This document shows positions 31,852-42,754 of a stretch of DNA of 64,000 bases, one piece after another. The position numbers were made by a program, and so were the translations under genes. Location: NCBI GenBank assembly GCA_965240325.2, contig OZ251223.1, positions 248,001 to 312,000 on the forward strand, read 5' to 3'. This DNA is from Rebecca billardiae RCC1528. Taxonomy: Eukaryota > Protista > Haptophyta. The stretch's first letter is position 1; the number at the start of each line of letters is the position of its first letter. The notes under the pieces are model-generated. The model was given only the letters and a program-made list of their open reading frames with translations. It searched no databases and had not been told where the DNA came from.

Positions 31852-33679
31852 ATGCCAGCACTTGAGCCCGCGTCAGCGCTGGCAGAGTGCGTCGAGACTC
31901 CGTCCGGCTCGGCGAGGCCAGACCTGCTGATCAGACGCGAGCGCGCCTTCGCCGCGTACACGCCGCACGGTGGCTGGAGCAATCAAATGCGGCAGCTCAC
32001 TTTTGCTCTGGCGGTCACGACGAGGTGCGCGCGCGCGGCGCGCTTGGCACGTGCGCGTGCCCGCCCGCGGTGGTCCCGCTGACGCACCACGTGCCCGCCT
32101 CGTCTGTCGTCTCTGCAGGCTACGGCTCCCGCTGCATGCGCCGCCCGTCCTCACGAAGAAGACGTACATGGTCGGGAGCAGCGTGGCGCGTGCGCAGAGC
32201 ATGTGCTCCGGCGCGAGCATGCGCGGCGAGTCGAGCGGCGCGCTCAGCCGACGTGGCGACGCCGTGGACATCTTCGACGTGCTCGACGGCGAGGCGCTGC
32301 GTGCTGTGGGCGTCTTCCCGGCCGACGGCCCGCCCAACGCCACGGCGCTCGCGGCCAGCGGCTGGCACCGCCTCGACGTGTGCATCTATGGGCTCAGCAC
32401 AGTGCGGCTGAGCCTGCACGCGAGCTGCGCGCGCGGCGGGCTGCCGCCTGCGAGCGAGGTCGAGGCGAGCGCACGCTCGACGAGGCCGTATGAGGTGCCC
32501 CTCGAGTGCCTGCGACTCGAGCTCGACCGCGCGCTCCGCGCGCACGAGCGCGTGTGGCTCTCCTTCAGCTCGACAGACATGCTGGTCGCAGGCTGCAGCC
32601 GCGCCAGCGCGGCCTCGCCCGCGCTACATCTCAGGCCGGGCCTGCAGGCTGCCGCTGCGCGGATCGTGGACGGGTTCGGCGCCGTGGCCCAGCCCTCGGG
32701 CAGCGCTCGCCCTCGGCTCGCGTGCGCGCACGTGCGGTCCGGCCTGGGGGCCGGGTGGGACGCGGTGGGCGCATCCCCCTTCAAGAAGCAGCTGCGCGAG
32801 TCGCTCGCGGCGCTGCGGATGTGGCTGGAGGCCGTGCTCGGCGGCGGCTTCAGGGTGCTCATCTCGACGGACGGCGGGCGCGAGAAGCTGGGCCGGCGGC
32901 TGGGCGTGGTCGCGCGGGACTGCCTCGCCGCGGGGCGGTGCGCCTTCGTCGAGGACCTCATCCGCGCCCGCGGAGCACAGCCGCAGCTTCGCGCGCACCC
33001 AAGCCTCGAGGAGGCACTGCTCTCACAGGAGGCGTGCGCACTCGCCGACGCGCTCTTCCTCACGCGCGGCTCGTCCTACTCGCGCATGATTGAGGACAAG
33101 GCGCTGCTGCGAGTGCGCCGACGAGCCGCAGCCGGCCCCGGCGGAGGTCGAGTCGAGCGTGCCACGGCGCACATGCCGCCGCACCCCGACCACACGCTGC
33201 TGAGCTCGTGTTGGAGCCATCGTGCTGCTGGTGGTGCAGAGCCGAAGGGTGCCCCGGCGTCGTCGAGGGCGGGGCCGGGGTACCGCCTTGCCACCGAGGG
33301 CTCGACGCCATCGGCGTCCGCGCGAGCCATCAGCCACACAACGCCGCCCGTGCGACGCGTGATGATGGCGGCATCAGATCCTGCTATCGTGACTCACTCA
33401 TCGGCGGCGGCGAAGACGGCGAAGACGGCTCCAATCATCGGCGTGAATGACGTCAATGACGACGACGACAGACACGACTACGACTCCTCAGAGCAGCACA
33501 AACGCGTCGTCATGCAAATGGAAACGCCACGACCGCCGCCTGCGTCGCGAGCAGCAGCCGCGGCGGCGGCACCGGGCCACGTGAAGCAGCTGATGGCAGC
33601 GAATGTCACCGCCTACTCGTCGGCGGCGGTGACGACGGCAATTTGCAGCATATTCATCACTGCGACGACTGCAGCGTGA
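31852..33679 (+). CDS. O-fucosyltransferase-like (POFUT-type GT-B) protein; predicted intron 32025-32118
   Basis: HGGWSNQ, spliced RLRLPLHAPPVL, CAHVR, LISTD, SQEACALADALFLTRGSSYS. The C-terminal tail after ~33250 and the true start are uncertain. Confidence 0.65.
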
Positions 33680-33762
33680 CAGTATGTATGTACAGCAGTA
33701 AATGAGCCGCACCAGCTAGCTATATCCGATATCGTCGTTGCAAGTCCTGAGCTAGTGAGCTA

Positions 33763-33853
33763 CTACAGTTTACTATGATTTAACGTGCACACTTGGTTAA
33801 GGCGTGATTAACGCCATCCAACACTGCACAAAGACACCGCCACAAAACAGACC
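33763..33853 (-). mobile_element. 3' end of the same retroposon-like repeat; may extend to ~34390 or further
   Basis: Matches 17606-17701 and 56020-56070. The 5' limit cannot be set from this window. Confidence 0.7.
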
Positions 33854-35097
33854 GGCGCAGGCAGGTGAGGGGCGCGTTGCCGCACCTCATCGAGGCGGCC
33901 ATTGCAGCAAGCGGCCGCCCCGCGCTCGGAGGCACGCGCTCGAGAGCGCGCTCTGACACCACACGGGGAGGGTGCTGCACCTGGATGTTGTATCCCAGCC
34001 ATCTCGAGAGTGCAGCCACGCCAAACACCTGCCTGCGCTGTGAGCGACGCCGCGTCGACTGATCGAGCCCCAGCCGAAGGGAAGAACTGGAAGATGAAGG
34101 GTGGGCAGGTCCACATGCCCGGCGTAAACTGCGCGCTGCTCGCCCGCGGAGGCAAGCAGCGCACCCCCGCCGCCTTCGCAAGCAGCGGGGGCGGGGGAAA
34201 GCGGCCCCTCTCGGTTGCCGCCAGCCCCTGGCTGCCCACCTACCCCGGTTGCGGCACAGAGCCTTTGCCTGCCTCGAACACATACACCTTGTGAGCAGGG
34301 CCAGGCGCGGCCCCACGCCCCATCGGGGCGAGTGGGCCCGCGAAGAGCGCGCCCACGACCTCGTCGGTCGTCGCCGACGCCGCACGACACGCGTACGTAC
34401 TACAATCGTTTAGCCGCTTCAATAAGCCAGTGGTGAGCCGGTGCCCGTGAGTCAACTCCGTGATATGCGGGGCTGACAGCGCATATTTGACCGCCCGACA
34501 TGGCGCACTGCGCAGTGGCATGGCCCTCGGCCGCCCGTCGGTCTTAGCGCACTGTCGGTGTCATCCCGGGCACGTACATTGCCGAGAGCACAACAATCGC
34601 CCAGCGCGGCCCGGGCAGCATCCACCAGCCGCCGCGCGCTCGCCGAGTCAACCCTCGCGCTCCGCACATTGCCATGCCGCATGGCAGGTGACACCGCGTC
34701 TTCGCTAACAAAAGCTTCGGGCAAGCAGGGAGGTGGCACGCGCGTCGCATCGCGCAGATCTGCGCCGAAGGAGCTTCAGTTCCCTCCTCCATCGTGCGGG
34801 TGGGCGGAGCTCGGGCCGTGAACTCGTGATGGCGGCGTGGCGGGAGAGGGCATCCGTTCAATCCGGTGCTACTGCTCTAATACTGCACCGGACTGAGCAC
34901 TGCTAAATAGATCCCTCTGGTCTGGTTTCGTCAGTCGTCCACTCGTCTGGCCGGACGACGCCACTCGCGACTGGGCTGCTGGGCGAGTCTCATCACTCCC
35001 GGACTCATCGGGCCCGGCCCGAATCGCCAGACATCAGCCCGAAGGCCGCAAGCAGCAGGGAGGGGCCTCGCCGAGCAGCAAGGGCGGACAGGGAGCC

Positions 35098-36222
35098 ATG
35101 TCGGGCCAGAACCGCCTCAACGTCTTCCCGACGCGCCAGAACCTGGGCGTCATGAAGGCACGTCCGCAAGCGCGCGCGCGGGACCCGTGGCTCGTCTGAT
35201 GCGTTGCCAGTGTCTTCGGCGCGTACGCACGGGCAGCGCGGCTGATGGCTCTGGGATTGCGGCGGCCGCACCCCGTGCACACGCGCGCGCAGATCAAGCT
35301 GGTCGCGGCGAAGAAGGGGCACTCGCTGCTTAAGAAAAAGGCGGATGCGCTGACGATGCGCATGCGCTCGCTTCTCCGCCAGATCATGGAGGTGCGTGCC
35401 TGCGCGAGTGCGTTGGGGCGGTCCGGCACAGCGTGCTCGCGGCACCTGCTGAGACGAGCTGGTGTGCTGCACGCGTGCGGCGGGATGGGGTGTGCGCGCG
35501 ATGTGCGGCGGCGCGCAGTGCAAGGACACGATGGGCTCCGCGTTCACCGACGGCATGTTCGCCCTGGCCGAGGTCAAGTACGCGGCCGGCGACATCAAGC
35601 CGATGGTGATTGAGAACGTGACCAAGTCGACGACCAAGATTGAGCTACAGGTCGACAACGTCGCGGGCGTGAAGGTGCCCGTGTTCACGGCGTACTCGGA
35701 GGGCCACGACGTGGGCACCGAGCTCATCGGCCTGGCGAAGGGCGGCCAGCAGATCGTCAAGGCGCGCGAAGCCTTCAAGACGGCCGTCGACGTGCTCGTC
35801 AAGCTCGCCACCCTGCAGACATCGTTTGTCACTCTCGACGACGCGGTGAAGGTGACCAACCGGCGTGTGAACGCGCTCGACTGCGTCGTCGTGCCGCGCC
35901 TCGCGAACACGGTCGCGTACATCAACGGCGAGCTGGACGAGATGGAGCGCGAGGAGTTCTTCCGGTGCGCGCCCGGCTCGCGCCCCCTGCCCTGCCCTGC
36001 CCTGCCCCCCCCTCGCCGCGCGCCCGGCCCAGGGCCCGCACGCATGCTGGGCCGACCGCTGACGCGGGGCCTCGCAAAACATCTGCGCGCCCGGCGCTGC
36101 GCAGCCTCAAGCGGTCGCAGAACAAGAAGAAGAAGGACATCGCAGTGAAGAAGGCGGATGACGCGGCGGCGGCGGCGGCGGCGAGCCTCCTCGAGAAGGC
36201 CGACGCCGATGTGATCTTCTGA
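35098..36222 (+). CDS. ATP6V1D: V-type H+-ATPase subunit D; predicted exons 35098-35157, 35293-35391, 35519-35964, 36105-36222
   Basis: RLNVFPTR, GHSLLKKKADAL, DNVAGVKVPVF, GLAKGGQQ, LATLQTSF, KVTNRRVNAL, ELDEMEREEFFRLK. The first intron is GC-AG. Confidence 0.96.
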
Positions 36223-37331
36223 ATGCGCGCGTGCCCCGACCTCTTCCGCAATTGATCATGCCGCATGCCGAATAATGTGTGCAGCTCGGCCGGGCTCGAT
36301 CACGGGTCGCGGGCCTGTCGGTCAGCAGCCAGCCAGCCGCAGGATCGGGCTGGCGGCCAGCTTGGCTTCGCTGCAGTAATGAGCCCAGAGTCAGCAACGC
36401 CTGCATGCAGTCTCGCGTCGTCGTGGTATAGCAACTGGCTCCGCCGGCCGGGCTCCGCGTCCGGGCCCGCCGCGGGGCCGGGCCCCGGGGCGCCACCCGC
36501 CGGCGGCCGGCCCGCCGCGGCGGCGCCGGCGGCCGACCGGCCCCGGGCCCGGGCCCGGCCCGCCCCGGGCCCGGCCCCAGCTCGCCAGCTCCGTTACGTA
36601 GCCTTGGCGGCCCCGAGCCGAAGTCAACCAAGCGGACCATGCAGCAGCCAGTCCCTTCCGACTCCCCCGATTGATGTGACTTCGACCACCTCCCGAGACC
36701 CGACGATGTCGAATATGTCGATACTCGATAGCAGCTAGCCCGATAGGTTCAGACCGTCTAATTCTATTTTTACTATGTAATTTCCCGTCTCTTACTCAGA
36801 TTTCAGCACTCACTGCACTCACCGTGCACAATCCGGCCATCCGGCCCCGGGGGCGTTCCGGACCTGGTCCTGAATACTCCGCGACCGCGGTACACTTACA
36901 CTGCTGAGTGTCTGCTCGGACAGAGTCCCGACGTCGGACGTGTGTCGGTGTGACTGTGAGACTGAGAAGTGAGAGTCCGGCCTCCCGGGGACGACTCAAT
37001 CAACGAGTCACGACTACGAGACCGTCGTTGTTAAGATCGAATAATCCCACTAGCTACGATAAATGACGGCAGACCAGAGTCAGCGGAGTCGCAGCTGGCC
37101 GCCCGGCTGGTCATGTGACAGCATTCTGAACTGACTCGGGCAGCCGCCGCATTGGCCGGGGCCCGGCCCGCCGAACGTACGGACCGTCCCGCCGCCCGGC
37201 CGCCGCCCGTCGCGGGTCTGTTTCGCACACACATCCCGTGGGTGCGCTAGAACGATCTGCCCTCGGGGACAGCATCGGGATGCGCCTGCGCGCCATGGCT
37301 GCGCGCACCACAGCCGGCTCGCCGCTTGCAC

Positions 37332-38267
37332 TTACTTCAGCTTCTTGAAGGCGTAAGTGTACGCGGCCGCGATGGCGACGGCTCCGGCCACGGCGTTGCC
37401 GAGCGTGACGGGGATGAGGTTGTTGAGGACGAACTCCTTGATGGTCACCGGCGCGTTGAGGAACATGCCGAGCGGCACGATCGCCATGTTCGCCACCGAG
37501 TGCTCCAGCCCCATCGCCACAAACGCCGAGATCGGGAACCAGATGGCGACCATCTTGGACGCGAGGTCGCTGCAGCCAGACGCCATCCACACGGCCATGC
37601 ACACGAGCCAGTTGGCGAGGATGCCGCGCACGAAGGCCTGCATCCACGGGAGCGAGCACTTGGCCTGCGCCACCGCCGTCACGCCCGCGTGCATCACGCC
37701 CGAGACTGCGAACAGGTACGCGATCAGCAGCGAGCCGACGAGGTTACCCACGTACGAGCAGCTCCACGACTTTGCGAGGTTTTTCCAGCTCGCCTTGCCG
37801 TTCATGGCGGCGGTGGTCACCAGCGCGGTGTTGCCGGTGAAGAGCTCCGCGCCCGTGACCAGCGTCATCATCAGCCCGAGCGGCAGGCCGAACGAGCCGA
37901 AGATGATACGCTGCAGCCCCGGGTTGGCAGCCTTGATGCCCGGAACAGCGCCGCCAATCATGAGCGCGAGGCACGAGCCGAAGGCGATGTGGCAGCCCGA
38001 GATGATGCCGAGGAAGAAGATCTTGGCCGGCGACTGCGACGCCTTCGCGGCGCCCGCGGCGATCGCGCCGTCGACGATCGCTGGCGGCGCCTTCAGCGGC
38101 GGCGGCAGGATGTCAGACGCCTGGATCGCCGGCAGGCCACCGCCGCGCGTGAGCGGCAGCTTGTGCACCGAGCTGGGGGTGACGGACGAGCCCAGCGCGG
38201 AGGAGGCCAGGCGAGGCTGGTATCCGGCCGCGAGCACCTGCAGCACGAGGAGCAAGCCGTTCTGCAT
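37332..38267 (-). CDS. Formate/nitrite transporter (NAR1-like), probably plastid-targeted
   Basis: GAELFTGN, YVGNLVGS, GILANWLVCMAVW, FVAMGLEHSVANM, NLIPVTLGNAVAG. Signal-like MQNGLLLVLQVLAAG|YQP followed by a Ser-rich transit-like stretch. Confidence 0.93.
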   Translation of the reverse strand: MQNGLLLVLQVLAAGYQPRLASSALGSSVTPSSVHKLPLTRGGGLPAIQASDILPPPLKAPPAIVDGAIAAGAAKASQSPAKIFFLGIISGCHIAFGSCLALMIGGAVPGIKAANPGLQRIIFGSFGLPLGLMMTLVTGAELFTGNTALVTTAAMNGKASWKNLAKSWSCSYVGNLVGSLLIAYLFAVSGVMHAGVTAVAQAKCSLPWMQAFVRGILANWLVCMAVWMASGCSDLASKMVAIWFPISAFVAMGLEHSVANMAIVPLGMFLNAPVTIKEFVLNNLIPVTLGNAVAGAVAIAAAYTYAFKKLK

Positions 38268-38488
38268 CGTGAGCGTCGCGCGAGGACGGCAAAGGCACGC
38301 ACTTCGGCTCGCACTGCCGATCGAGGCGCTGTCGTCGGCGACCGCAAGCCAGCCGTCTGTCGTCTCAGACGGGCGTTTCTCCAAAGATCGAACACTGATT
38401 CAGCTGTCCGAGACGGTTACACGGACGCCTCCCGCCAAGTTATTACCGTTTGCCACCGGACGCGTGCGGGCCCGACGAGCGCGAGACA

Positions 38489-39142
38489 ATGGCGGACGAC
38501 ATCGATAGCGCAGCGTTGCCTCGGGGACACTTCGGGGGCACGTTTGTCCAGCTGGAGGCGCATGTTGCCGAGGCGATGATGCGGCTCGCTCGTGTGCAGC
38601 GAGAGGATGTGGTCGCCGACCTTGGCTGTGGGGACGGCCAGCTGCTTGTCGCGGCGGTGGAATCGGGCGCGCGCCGAGTGATAGGCATCGAGCTGGACAA
38701 GGCACTTGCAGCCTCCGCACGGTCTCGCGTCGCTGCGGCACGAGCAGTCCAGCCTCCTGGTACGGACGAGGGAGATACCGTCAGTGAGGGCGACGCCGCA
38801 GACGCCGCTCTCCTGGGTGCAGCCGGCGTGCTCGCATGTGCAACCGTCATTGCCCTCTTTGTGACGCCGCAGCTGATGGGCGTGCTTGCGCCGCTGTTGC
38901 AGCAGCACCTCCCTCGCGGTGCGCGAGTCGTCGCCGCCACGCACGAGTTCCCGCCCGAGTGGCCTCCTGAAGACGTTGAGACCGTGATGCCACCATCGGC
39001 AAAAACGGCACTCCCCCGTCGCACGATCCGCCTCTACCGGGTGCCAGCGGGGCAGCGGCAGTCGGCAGCTCAGCGAGTCAGCTGCTGTCAGCGGGATGGG
39101 CCCAGTCACAGTGCCTGTGGCCAGTCCGACGGCCAGACCTGA
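38489..39142 (+). CDS. Class I SAM-dependent methyltransferase
   Basis: Motif I VVADLGCGDG, GIELD, ATVIALF, LPRGARVV. Confidence 0.82.
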   Translation: MADDIDSAALPRGHFGGTFVQLEAHVAEAMMRLARVQREDVVADLGCGDGQLLVAAVESGARRVIGIELDKALAASARSRVAAARAVQPPGTDEGDTVSEGDAADAALLGAAGVLACATVIALFVTPQLMGVLAPLLQQHLPRGARVVAATHEFPPEWPPEDVETVMPPSAKTALPRRTIRLYRVPAGQRQSAAQRVSCCQRDGPSHSACGQSDGQT

Positions 39143-39361
39143 CGGCCTGGGGTACAGTACCGGCAGAGCTTGATTGCGCCGATGATAATGATGCTCGGGT
39201 GTCAGTCGTGACATGCGCAATGATTGCGGTCGTTGACCGTATAGTCTAATATAGTCTTTCGGTACATGACCGATCAGCTAATAGTTAGTAGATGATAGCA
39301 GAATCTTGATAGAATCCGTCGTCGGAGCCCGGAGCGGCGGAGCTGGTCGTCGGAGCAGCTG

Positions 39362-39363
<2 letters not shown>

Positions 39364-39454
<91 letters not shown>
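39364..39454. repeat. (CT)n microsatellite
   Basis: Directly visible. Confidence 0.96.
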
Positions 39455-39458
<4 letters not shown>

Positions 39459-39546
39459 ATTGGTCCGTTGTTTGTGTCAGCGCGGGCTCGTCGGCGCGCG
39501 CTCTGCCATCACCGACAGTTTGAGTTGGCGGGCGGGCTACTCCGAC

Positions 39547-39839
39547 CAAGGGGCTTACAAAATACCACTGGGGGCGAAACACAGTCGTCGCCACCCCGGC
39601 TCCTCAAACGGAATGTGTCCGGTGAGTGGAAAACACTGTGCGAGAAGTTTGAATCCGGGAAAGCGTTAAGCGGGTAATCTGTCGACACATCTCGTACGTA
39701 TTCTTTCAAGGCATTCCGGTCAAGATTTTTTGAATTTTTCATAAGAGCTACCGGACACTTTCCGTTTATGAGGAGCCGGGGTCGCGACGGGGCTCCGCAC
39801 TGGCGCTTTCGCCCCCAGTGGTATCTTGTAAGCCCCTTG
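39547..39839. mobile_element. MITE / non-autonomous DNA transposon (293 bp) with 7-bp TSD
   Basis: 33-bp TIR CAAGGGGCTTACAA(A/G)ATACCACTGGGGGCGAAA with one mismatch. Inner inverted block ACCCCGGCTCCTCA..AACGGAA.GTGTCCGGT. TSD CTCCGAC at 39540-39546 and 39840-39846. Confidence 0.9.
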
Positions 39840-40346
39840 CTCCGACGCGACGGGCAGCCCGCCGCGGCTAACCCGTAACTCCGGTTCCGATCCGGACCGC
39901 GGGCGCGGGCCCGCGGCCGCCGCCGCATGTCGTAGTGACAATAATAAATGTACGTGCATATATATATATATATAACGACGTGGCAGCATCCGGGACAAGC
40001 GTCAGGCTCAGAGTGCAACAGACACATAGAATGCGTCCGATATAATATTAGCTAGTAATCGTCGCGCGATTATAAGTGTCAGCGCACGTGTCATAAACTC
40101 GCCGACGGACCCTCTGGTACTGGTAGCCGTAGCTGCATGGATCGCGCGCTCCGCCCGGGGCCGGTGAATCTGAAACTGAAGCGCTCCGCGGGCTGGCCGT
40201 GCCGAGTAGGAGCCCTGTGTCATCTTAGAATTGCCAGGCGTTCAGCTCCAGAGTGAGTGAGGGTGGCCTCCCCCCAGCCCAGGACCAGACGGAATGCCGC
40301 ACGGATGCGATGGTGCCGGACCTCCTTTGCGGGCCCCGGCCCCTGC

Positions 40347-41495
40347 TCATGCCTTCACCGCCTTGAGGGGCTTTGTCTCCTTGGTGGCCGAGCGCGCGTT
40401 GGACCGCTCGGCCGGCGTGTGCGCTGCCTCCTCCTCGTCGTCCTCGTCGACGATGGAGAACGCGTCCTTGCTCGGCAGCACCGGCTCCTGCTCGCCCTCC
40501 TTCGCGGGCATCTCAAACTGCTCCGAGATCTCCTTGAGATCGGAGAGCGAGTCTGAAGGTTTCGTCGAAGGGAAGACTTTGAAGTACGTGTACGCGGCCG
40601 CGGAGGCGAAGGTGAGGAAGGAGCCAATGATCTGGTTGGTCGACCAGTCGCGCAGCTCGCCCAGGGTCAGGTGCGCGATCAGCAGCAGCAGGATCACCTT
40701 TGCGTTCCCGAGCACCGCCGCGCCCACCGCGGAGAAGCAGCGCAGCGTCTGGAAGAGGACGACGTTGTACAGCACCGCGAGCGCGGAGCCGCCGCCGATG
40801 ATGAGCAGCGCGGCGTCCGGCCTGCGCCATACGTAGTTCGCCACGCCACCGGCCTCGCCGAACGCCAGCGCCATCGGCAGCAGCGTGACGAACGCCACCG
40901 GCCCCGTGTACAGCGTGATCTGTATCGAGTCGAGGTGCAGCCCCTGCAGCATCTTCGACGCGACCGACATCTGGATGGACTGCAGCACGAGGGAGGCGGC
41001 GACGAGGCCGATGCCGAGGGCGGAGCGGCGCTTCCACTCTTCGAAGACGGCGACGGCGACGCCGAGGCACACGCCCACCAGCGCCACTGCCTGCCGCCTG
41101 TCGGGCACCTTGTACTCGATGCACACCGAGAAGAGCGCAACGATCACCGGGATGAAGGCGCGGATGACCTGGTTCATCGAGAGCTCGATGTACACCAGGC
41201 TCGCGTTGTTCAGCGCGATCTGCAGCGCGTTGAAGACCCCCACGATCGCCACGCCTCGCCACACCGACTTTGAGTCGAGCAGCTCGTGGTGTTTCTGCTT
41301 GTAGTGGTCACTGCATCGCACGATCGGCGAGAGGCAGAGCACGCTGAAGACCATGTGCATCGCCGTCATGAAGAGCGGGAAGTGGAAGTCCGCGGTGCCG
41401 AGCGCCCATCGATTCAGCAGGTTGAGCGCCGAGTTCAGCGTGAGGTACGCCGCGACCACGAGCGCCTTCACGCCGACGCCCGTCCCGCGCGCCAT
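40347..41495 (-). CDS. Triose-phosphate/nucleotide-sugar transporter family (SLC35-like) protein
   Basis: LNLLNRW..FHFPLFMTAMHM, LNNASLVYI..NQVIR, AVLGNAKV; about 10 hydrophobic segments. Confidence 0.88.
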   Translation of the reverse strand: MARGTGVGVKALVVAAYLTLNSALNLLNRWALGTADFHFPLFMTAMHMVFSVLCLSPIVRCSDHYKQKHHELLDSKSVWRGVAIVGVFNALQIALNNASLVYIELSMNQVIRAFIPVIVALFSVCIEYKVPDRRQAVALVGVCLGVAVAVFEEWKRRSALGIGLVAASLVLQSIQMSVASKMLQGLHLDSIQITLYTGPVAFVTLLPMALAFGEAGGVANYVWRRPDAALLIIGGGSALAVLYNVVLFQTLRCFSAVGAAVLGNAKVILLLLIAHLTLGELRDWSTNQIIGSFLTFASAAAYTYFKVFPSTKPSDSLSDLKEISEQFEMPAKEGEQEPVLPSKDAFSIVDEDDEEEAAHTPAERSNARSATKETKPLKAVKA

Positions 41496-41832
41496 GTTGC
41501 CGCGGAACACAGCGCGCGCGATTTCCTACATCAAGTATGGCGGCCTTCCCAGGCTTTTACTGCGGTGCTGCCCAAAGCGTGGCGGAGTCGGGAGTGGCGG
41601 CGCTGGCGACCTCGCAGCGTCGCTGACTAGCTCGTCTCTCGCGTCACCTAAATCCTAATCGTTTCGCCTTTCGGGCGGTCATCAATCGGGCGGGCAGCCG
41701 TCAGTCAGGTCAAAGTCGTAGCACGTGCCGGCGTTCCCAGTCGTACCCGGAGGGCGCCGACGGCGACGGCTGATATCGGACATTGTCAAAGTTGTCATTC
41801 CGGGACGGCCTGCCGTGATCGCCAGGCGCGGC

Positions 41833-42476
41833 TCACTCGATGCGAAGCGTCTGCGTGTTGTCGGAGTAGTTGCGCAGCGCGCGAGGGGCGCCCTCGCTCT
41901 CGGGGACCCACGCCTCGTACTTGGGCCCCACCCGCCCGCGCATGACCGTGTTCTTCCAGTGGCCCGGGTTGGTGTAGTGCGTCTCGCGCTCGCAGGACGG
42001 GTTCTGCTTGTGCGGCTGGATCCACGGCTGGTCGAACTCCGCCTTGATGGCGCCGGCCGGCTTGTCGGTGGTGTAGTGCAGCCAGCCGTGCCATTCGGGC
42101 GTGACCGAGCTCGAGTCGTAGTGGGCGTCCATCTCAAAGACGCGCAGGGGCAGCTTGGGCTCCACCCAGCGCGAGCGGCCTGCGCGCGCGGTCGCGAGGC
42201 GGTTGGCGGCGGCCCGGTCACAGACGCGTGCGGGAACTGGCGCGCGGCGCGGGCGTGAGACTCACCGTACGGCGTTTTCGTATCCTCATAGTATTTGTTC
42301 CCGTTGTGATCCTCGCCCATGAACCGCCCCGACCGCAGATGGTTCATCTGCCGGATGCGGCAGATCGCCTGCCACAGGCCGCCCGCCCGCATCTCCGTGA
42401 AGAACTTTTTGAACTGGCCGGCGAGCGGGTAAGTGATGGCATTGTAGCCTGCCGGATGCGTCGGCTTCAGAGGCAT
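41833..42476 (-). CDS. NDUFA12: NADH:ubiquinone oxidoreductase subunit A12; predicted exons 42476-42266 and 42179-41833
   Basis: GRFMGEDHNGNKYYE, spliced YGRSRWV, VTPEWHGWLH, YEAWVP. GTGAG donor. Confidence 0.93.
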
Positions 42477-42754
42477 GATGCTTCGCCGAGCGCCTCTCGC
42501 TCGGCTCGCTCGGCCGGTGCTCTCGCCCGCTGCCTCTTGCGCCCCAAGTGGTCAGCACCCCCGCCGTCGTCGGCCCTGCTGATCGACGAGCGAGGCCGGA
42601 TTTCTCGATCTCGGTCGTGGTCCGGACTCATGATCAGCGACCGGCCAATGAGAGATGCGAATCTCACCGCTGGAGTTCGGAGTAGAGTGCTGGACCAGCC
42701 GGTTGACTTTTGAAGCGAGGGCGGTCGGCCAGGAGGGCGTGGGTGCGCAGGGAC

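Noticed and set aside
27751-33679. SMC and neighbours as a prokaryotic Wadjet/MksBEF-like defence operon
   Set aside because: The neighbours are unrelated eukaryotic genes, some with introns. No kleisin, KITE or nuclease partner is visible.
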